DNA of 64,000 bases from Clostridia bacterium. Lineage in GTDB: Bacteria; Bacillota; Clostridia; JAAYHZ01. The position numbers and the translations under genes were made by a program. The DNA lies in assembly GCA_050950825.1 (NCBI GenBank), contig JBMNIH010000004.1:192001-256000 (forward strand), read 5' to 3'. Below the pieces are notes generated by a model, which did not search any database, had not been told where the DNA came from, and saw only the letters and a program-made list of their open reading frames with translations. The first letter of the stretch is position 1; each line of letters starts with the position of its first letter. Shown one piece after another: positions 58,189-64,000 of this stretch.

Positions 58189-58911
58189 ATGCATCTTCGT
58201 TTCATGAGTTACAATATTCAACACGGTTTTGATTATGTAAGAAAAGACCGAATCGATTTGTCATTGACGGCGGATGTTATTCGCCGTTATGATTCCGATA
58301 TTATCGGCTTGAATGAGGTGAGAGGGCAAGGCGTTATTCCGGAGTATTTCGATCAAGCAAAAGCTCTTGCCGATATGTTAGGATACTACTATTATTTCGG
58401 TCCTTCCATTGTATTTCCGGAAAGAGGGCCTTACGGAAACGCCATTCTTTCAAAATACCCTATAAAGCATGCCGAAGTTATTCCCATACCGGACCCGTCG
58501 GTAAAAGACGAAGACACCTACTACGAAACCCGGTCCATTCTCAAAGCGGAATTTGATATCGAAGGCTGCAGAGAATTTACGGTTTACATCTCTCATTTCG
58601 GTCTGGCAAAAGCCGAAAGAAAAAATGCCGTGGAAACCTTGTTAAAAGTACTGGAAAACCAAGAAAAGCCCTGTGTTTTCATGGGTGATTTGAACATGAC
58701 TCCGGACGATATGCTTGTAAATGCAATATCGGAAAAGCTGAAGGACACGGCCGTTATATTCCGTGAACCGCTTCTTAGTTTTACGTCGGACAAACCGACG
58801 ATCAAGATTGATTACATGTTTGTGAGCAATCACATTAAAGTACATTATGCCGACATTCCGCCGGTTGTTGTTCACGACCACCGCCCCTACATTGCACATA
58901 TTGAAATTTAA
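58189..58911 (+). CDS. Endonuclease/exonuclease/phosphatase-family protein
   Basis: MSYNI, GLNEV, GDLN, IDY and DHRP motifs. Confidence 0.9.
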   Translation: MHLRFMSYNIQHGFDYVRKDRIDLSLTADVIRRYDSDIIGLNEVRGQGVIPEYFDQAKALADMLGYYYYFGPSIVFPERGPYGNAILSKYPIKHAEVIPIPDPSVKDEDTYYETRSILKAEFDIEGCREFTVYISHFGLAKAERKNAVETLLKVLENQEKPCVFMGDLNMTPDDMLVNAISEKLKDTAVIFREPLLSFTSDKPTIKIDYMFVSNHIKVHYADIPPVVVHDHRPYIAHIEI

Positions 58912-59054
58912 AAAACCGGCTGTATGGTTTTCGGATCAAAGGGGAATAAATATATAGCGAAAAGTATCATTCCGTATCAGGATGAATAGAATGAAAGGTT
59001 GATATTGCCAAAAAATTGGAATTATATTTCATCGATTTTTTTGCTGTCAACAAC

Positions 59055-59083
59055 TTGACACGATCATGTATTCGTGTTATGAT
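59055..59083 (+). promoter_or_regulatory. rRNA operon promoter
   Basis: TTGACA-17-TATGAT; boxA-like CCTTGAAAA at ~59112, repeated in the ITS at ~60914. Confidence 0.75.
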
Positions 59084-59269
59084 AAGCATCCACTCACACG
59101 AGTGGACAGAACCTTGAAAAATGAACAGTGTATTGAACCCGTCAAACTTAAGCTTGAAAAAGCGAGAGTTTAACATTTAAAAGTAAATCCAAAGTGCGAG
59201 AAAATCGCACGGGACAAGAAGTCTAAAAAAGACAGGACAAACAAGAGACCCGAAGAGGGTTTGAAGATT

Positions 59270-60816
<1,547 letters not shown>

Positions 60817-61152
60817 AGATTGACGACGGAAGAAATTTCGCCGTAATCGTATAAGGTCGATTGACGGTTCAATACACTTGTTTCATTAAAAAGGCAAACG
60901 CGCAAGCGATCGCACCTTGAAAACTGCATAATGCGTCAAAAGGTTCCATGAAGAATGGAACCGCGACAAAAAGGAAGACAAAGAGAGTTAAAACGAGAAG
61001 CCGAAATAAAAAACGGTAACGAGTGACTCACTGAGTCTGCAATTTTATCGAAAACGACAAAAAAACAATGCTGAAACAATGCTAAAAAAACAATCAGGAA
61101 AAGCGACGAGCTTGGGACAATCAACCTATATGAAATGATGGACCAAAGGAAA

Positions 61153-64000
<2,848 letters not shown>

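Overview
Chromosomal window from a spore-forming clostridial firmicute. The 16S signature suggests an Acetivibrio/Thermoclostridium-like organism, and the GC-rich rRNA suggests a thermophile. Bases 1-46 kb are accessory: regulators, sugar and aminosugar metabolism, cell-surface genes, two near-identical solute-binding lipoproteins, methionine synthases and four IS elements (two apparently identical IS30-family copies with 13-bp target duplications, one IS1182-like, one ISLre2). Bases 47-64 kb are core: three tRNAs, manA, rpsF-ssb-rpsR, rplI-dnaB-tilS-hpt-ftsH, spoVT, 16S and a partial 23S rRNA. The best candidate for an undescribed system is RNA-based and invisible in the ORF track. A c-di-GMP-I riboswitch with an ON-type terminator controls an XRE regulator. 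Divergent from it, now split off by an IS30 copy, is an operator-guarded ~190-nt non-coding transcript. Its hairpin loop exposes an anti-Shine-Dalgarno sequence that can pair at 17 of 18 nt with the ribosome-binding site of the yitJ-metH methionine locus 28 kb away, which has no S-box. The links between these parts are inference. All calls were made by eye and from remembered family motifs; no database searches were run.
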